Assembly: GCF_004010195.1 (NCBI RefSeq) | Contig: NC_057728.1 | Coordinates: 50,922,048 to 50,986,047, forward strand | DNA from: Chiloscyllium plagiosum | Taxonomy: Eukaryota | Reading direction: 5' to 3' | DNA: 64,000 nucleotides | Shown: positions 60,433 to 64,000 of the stretch, one piece after another | Layout of the letters: the number at the start of each line of letters is the position of its first letter | Position numbering within the stretch: the first letter of the stretch is position 1 | Position numbers and translations under genes: made by a program | The notes under the pieces: model-generated | The model's database searches: none | Seen by the model: the letters and a program-made list of their open reading frames with translations, nothing else | Told to the model about the DNA's origin: nothing

Positions 60433-62029
60433 TCTTTGAGTTGTTCTTTTTGAATGAGGCATTAAACTAAGGACTCATTTGCCCCAATGTTCATCAAAGG
60501 AGAGGGCACAGAATAAAAGTGATTTGCAAATGTAGTAAATATGATGTAAGGAAAGCCTTTTCACACAGTGAGTTGTTAGGATATGGAAAACTGACTGGAA
60601 GTGTGGTCGAGGCAGGTTCAACTGTGGCTTCCATGAGAACATTGGATGATTATTTGGACAGAACCAATGTGTAAGGGAAACAGGGGAAAGGGCAGGAGAG
60701 TGGCACTAAGTCATAACGCTCTTTGAACTGATGCAGATACAATGGACCAAATGGCCGCCTCCAGTTCTATAACACTGTTTTATTGTTTGTAGCTCAGAGG
60801 TAGGGACACTACCACCTCCACCACCCTATTGTAATTACTCTTTCTGAGAGAACTTTCACCTCCCTTTCAGTGATGATTTCTGTACTAAACAGGTTAGTTA
60901 ACCAGCACCTCCACACTGGTTTAAAACTAGGCCGTGGTGTTCTGAGGACTGCATGGTGGCGCTTTGTGAGTTGGTATCTGCCTGGGTGATGTCAGCAACG
61001 TTGAGATCCCTGTCTGTGTTGGGGGAGGGGACAATGGCTAGTTGCTATCTACTCTGCTGTATAGGCGAGAGCGAGACTCTATTGTATAATACACACAGCT
61101 GCAGCTGACAAGGGTAAGATAAACATTTTGCCATAATTAAAGAGTGCAAGCTGAGACAGCTAAAAGCAGAGCATTAAAAATTCTGTGGGGCATTCGGCCG
61201 AACGACATCTGTTTGCTTCTCGTTAATTGCCCTTCGGTTTCTGAGGTACCTGACTGGTCCGACTCTGCGAGGAGTGGGATTGCTGTCTGATTCTCTAAGT
61301 GTATTCCGGCTTCAGGTGAAGTGAACACAGTCAGCAGACCATGTCCAACTTATGCCAAGAGCAGAGGTGATCCACTCATCCGTGTCTAACTGAGCCGGAT
61401 AAGCATTTCCCAGGAAGCTTCTGGCTCCACAGAGCGTAGTGTTCTCTTGCAAAATCTGTCATGATGTTTGCCCTGAGCTGGGAACAGGGAGCCGTGCTTC
61501 TGTTAAATAGAGCTAGTGTTTACCACAGTGTGAATTTGAACTTTCTTGCAGATTATTGTGTATAAGAAGAGTCAGATGGGATCTGTTCTGACTAATAGTC
61601 CCACTTGCTGCCAATTCCTGCTCAATGACTACAGGAAAAAAATAGCCTCGCCTGTTGCTGTCGACATCATTGTTTATTTTATACAATAAAAGTTTCATAC
61701 AAATATTTTCAATAATGACGCATCATTGGCAAAGGCTCAACACTACCAGAGCCCAGTCTCGACTTTCCCGTTATAAAATGTGAGCAACTGAACTGAGAAA
61801 GAAGGCATGAGACATTCAAGATAGGTCTCAGTTATTTAAAAATAGTCATAATGAAAGGAAGGAAAGGGCATTTGAACAGAAGGAGGTGACGTTTACCAGG
61901 CCAGTCATCACCAGGGTGATAAAGAGCAGGCGAGGAAGTTGTTTGAATAAAGAGTGAGTTATTTGCTGACTCTCTGAGTTGAAAGGAAGGGGAAGCTAAA
62001 GAAGTGCCCAGATTTAAGTCTCAGCTGCA

Positions 62030-62452
62030 GCGTGGTTCTGAGTTCAAGTTCTACACCAAGACTTGAGCATTACAATCCAGACTGAGTCCCCGGTTCAGTA
62101 CTGAGGGAGTGCTGCACTGTTGGAGGTGCTGCCCTTTGGATGACTTGTTAAACTGAGACCCTGTCTAGGTGTGTGTAACAGATCCCCTGGGAAGTATTTC
62201 AGAGAAGAAAAGGGGAGTTCTCCCTGGTGTCCGGGGGCGGGGGGGGGGGAATGGAAGTATTTATCCCTCAATTGCCATCAGGAAGACAGATAATCTTGTC
62301 ATTATTGCCCTACCGTGGGAGCTGGCTGTGTGCAAATTGGCTGCATACACTAATCGACAACAGTGACTACACTTTGAGCAAAGTTCATTGACCGTAAAGC
62401 ACTATGAGATGCTCGGTGGTCATGTAGAGTGCTATATAAATGCAAGTTTTTC
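62030..62452 (+). mobile_element. DeuSINE (SacSINE1/AmnSINE1-like) element
   Basis: Deu-domain-like ctttggatgacttgttaaactgagaccctgtct...ggggagttctccctggtgtcc...atttatccctcaa; tail gctatataaatgcaagttttt. Confidence 0.8.
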
Positions 62453-63513
62453 TGGTTGGCACAGAATAAGATTGAGTAAGAGATGATGTGAGATCAACAC
62501 GGCAGTGGTAAAGGGTGAAAGTTGTTGGCACAACGAGAAGCGAGGATTTTGAATCAGCAACAGCAAGTGAGAGAAGCCTATCACCGGCTTGCATGTGATG
62601 TAATGTTGGGAAAGCTGTGTCGTGCATGTTAGCAAATACAGCACAGGGTACCAGTAACTCTGTACAAATGTCACACTGTACCCTGTGGCCTTTAGTTATG
62701 TCATTTGTGCAACAGAAGTCATGAAAACATCAAAAGGTCCATCACTAAGCTCAGTTGACAAAAGTGAGAGATTTGAAGTCTGAGCAAATTCTATTATATT
62801 GGTCATAGAATCCATAGAATCCAGTCAATTACAGACACAGTGCAAAATGGCATCAGCTTTCCTTTTGCTTTATTTTCAGAGTGATCCTTGTCTTTGCTAT
62901 AAAAATGGCTAGTTATTTTTACTCAGCTCTAGAATATATGGTTAAAGACAAACACCATTTGAGGTGTTTGGCCTAACTTGTTGAGTTTGTCGCTTCAGTT
63001 TTTAAAAGTTAGTTCATACAATATGGGTGTTGCTGGCTATGGCAGCATTTACTGTCCATCCCAAACTGCCAGGAGGGCAAATCATGTGGGCCAGACCGGA
63101 TAAGGACAGCAGATGTCCTTCCCTTTAGGAGATTAGTGAACCTAATGGCTTTTATGACATTTGGCAGTGGTCACCATTAGGCTCCGTTTTGTCGTTCTAG
63201 ATTGTTACTGAATTTAAGTTTCACCATCTGTCACAGCAGCAGATTCGTACCCATGTCCTCTGCAAACTCATCCAGTAATATCACAGTTAGTGCCATCACC
63301 TTCCCTCAGTTTGAACTGATGCCATGTCTCGAGGTGGCACTTGGGCTCCAGATCGTCCTTCATTGAACTGGTGACTGTAAAAGATGTGAGCATCATCATT
63401 CAGCTTCTTGGCAGCAATATTAAAGCAGCTGGTCTGTATTTGGTTTTCAGGCAACATTTGTGTATTTAAATAAGTTAGACCACATTTTGTCCCCCGTGCC
63501 TTTTTCCTTTTAC

Positions 63514-63773
63514 TTAGAGTCATAGAGATGTACAGCACAGAAACAGACCCTTAGGTCCAACGCGTCCATGGTGACCAGATATCCCAACCCAATCTAGTCC
63601 CACTTGCCAGCACCCGGCCCATATCCCTCTGAACCCTTCCAATTCATATACCCATCCAGATGCCTTTTAAATGCTGTAATTGTTCCAGTTTCCACCACTT
63701 CCTCTGGCAGCTCATTCCATATACGCACCATCCTCTGTGTGAAAACTTTGCCCCTTAGGTCCCTTTTATATCT
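63514..63773 (-). mobile_element. CR1 3'-end fragment
   Basis: agagtcatagagatgtacagcacagaaacagacc tail on the minus strand. Confidence 0.88.
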
Positions 63774-64000
63774 GTTGTTCGGCCAGGAATTGTCTAAATA
63801 GTTCGTGATGTCGATGGCGCATCGTCCACCTCAGAAGCCTTTCGTTTAAGTAAAGAACACGAGTTGGCAGTATCCTTGCCTCTTTGTGACTATTCTTTCT
63901 GGTAAACACAGACACAAACTCAGATATCTGAACAATAGCTGTTTTCATCCATGTTTCTGCTTCTAAATGGAGCCGGGAAATGTGGCCGAGTTAAGTCGTG

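Noticed and set aside
61034..61108. ATG-initiated MASCYLLCCIG..., superficially like a tetraspanin N-terminus
   Set aside because: Stops after 24 codons and lacks the KY..F.FN..FW TM1 motif.

Overview
Eukaryotic genomic DNA, most likely from a shark or other cartilaginous fish. This is inferred from the HE1-type SINEs, a SacSINE1/DeuSINE-like element and CR1 LINEs; the species cannot be determined. The window holds the 3' half of a + strand tetraspanin gene of the CD151/TSPAN11 family, best matching TSPAN11. Three internal coding exons lie at 3305-3409, 6862-7020 and 26624-26710. There are two candidate terminal exons: an intact one with an acidic tail (28202-28282) and the canonical-type one, which carries a 1-nt frameshift (32759-32819). 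A CpG-rich putative promoter/first exon at about 48.7 kb is followed by a 3-kb GA/CpG-rich minisatellite. Most of the rest is transposon-derived: CR1 and Zenon-like LINEs, several SINE families, a Gypsy fossil, a TA-flanked MITE and minisatellites. The most notable hidden structure is a dense set of Penelope-like-element (PLE) derived short insertions. They carry minimal hammerhead-ribozyme motifs (CUGANGA-stem II-GAAA-palindrome-NUH) from at least five sequence families with covarying stem II. Most are fold-back (inverted-arm) insertions with 7-16 bp target-site duplications, and one has two ribozyme motifs in direct repeat 316 nt apart (retrozyme-like). Two assembly gaps are present (2433-2540, 46393-46735). 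All calls were made by eye, with no database searches.
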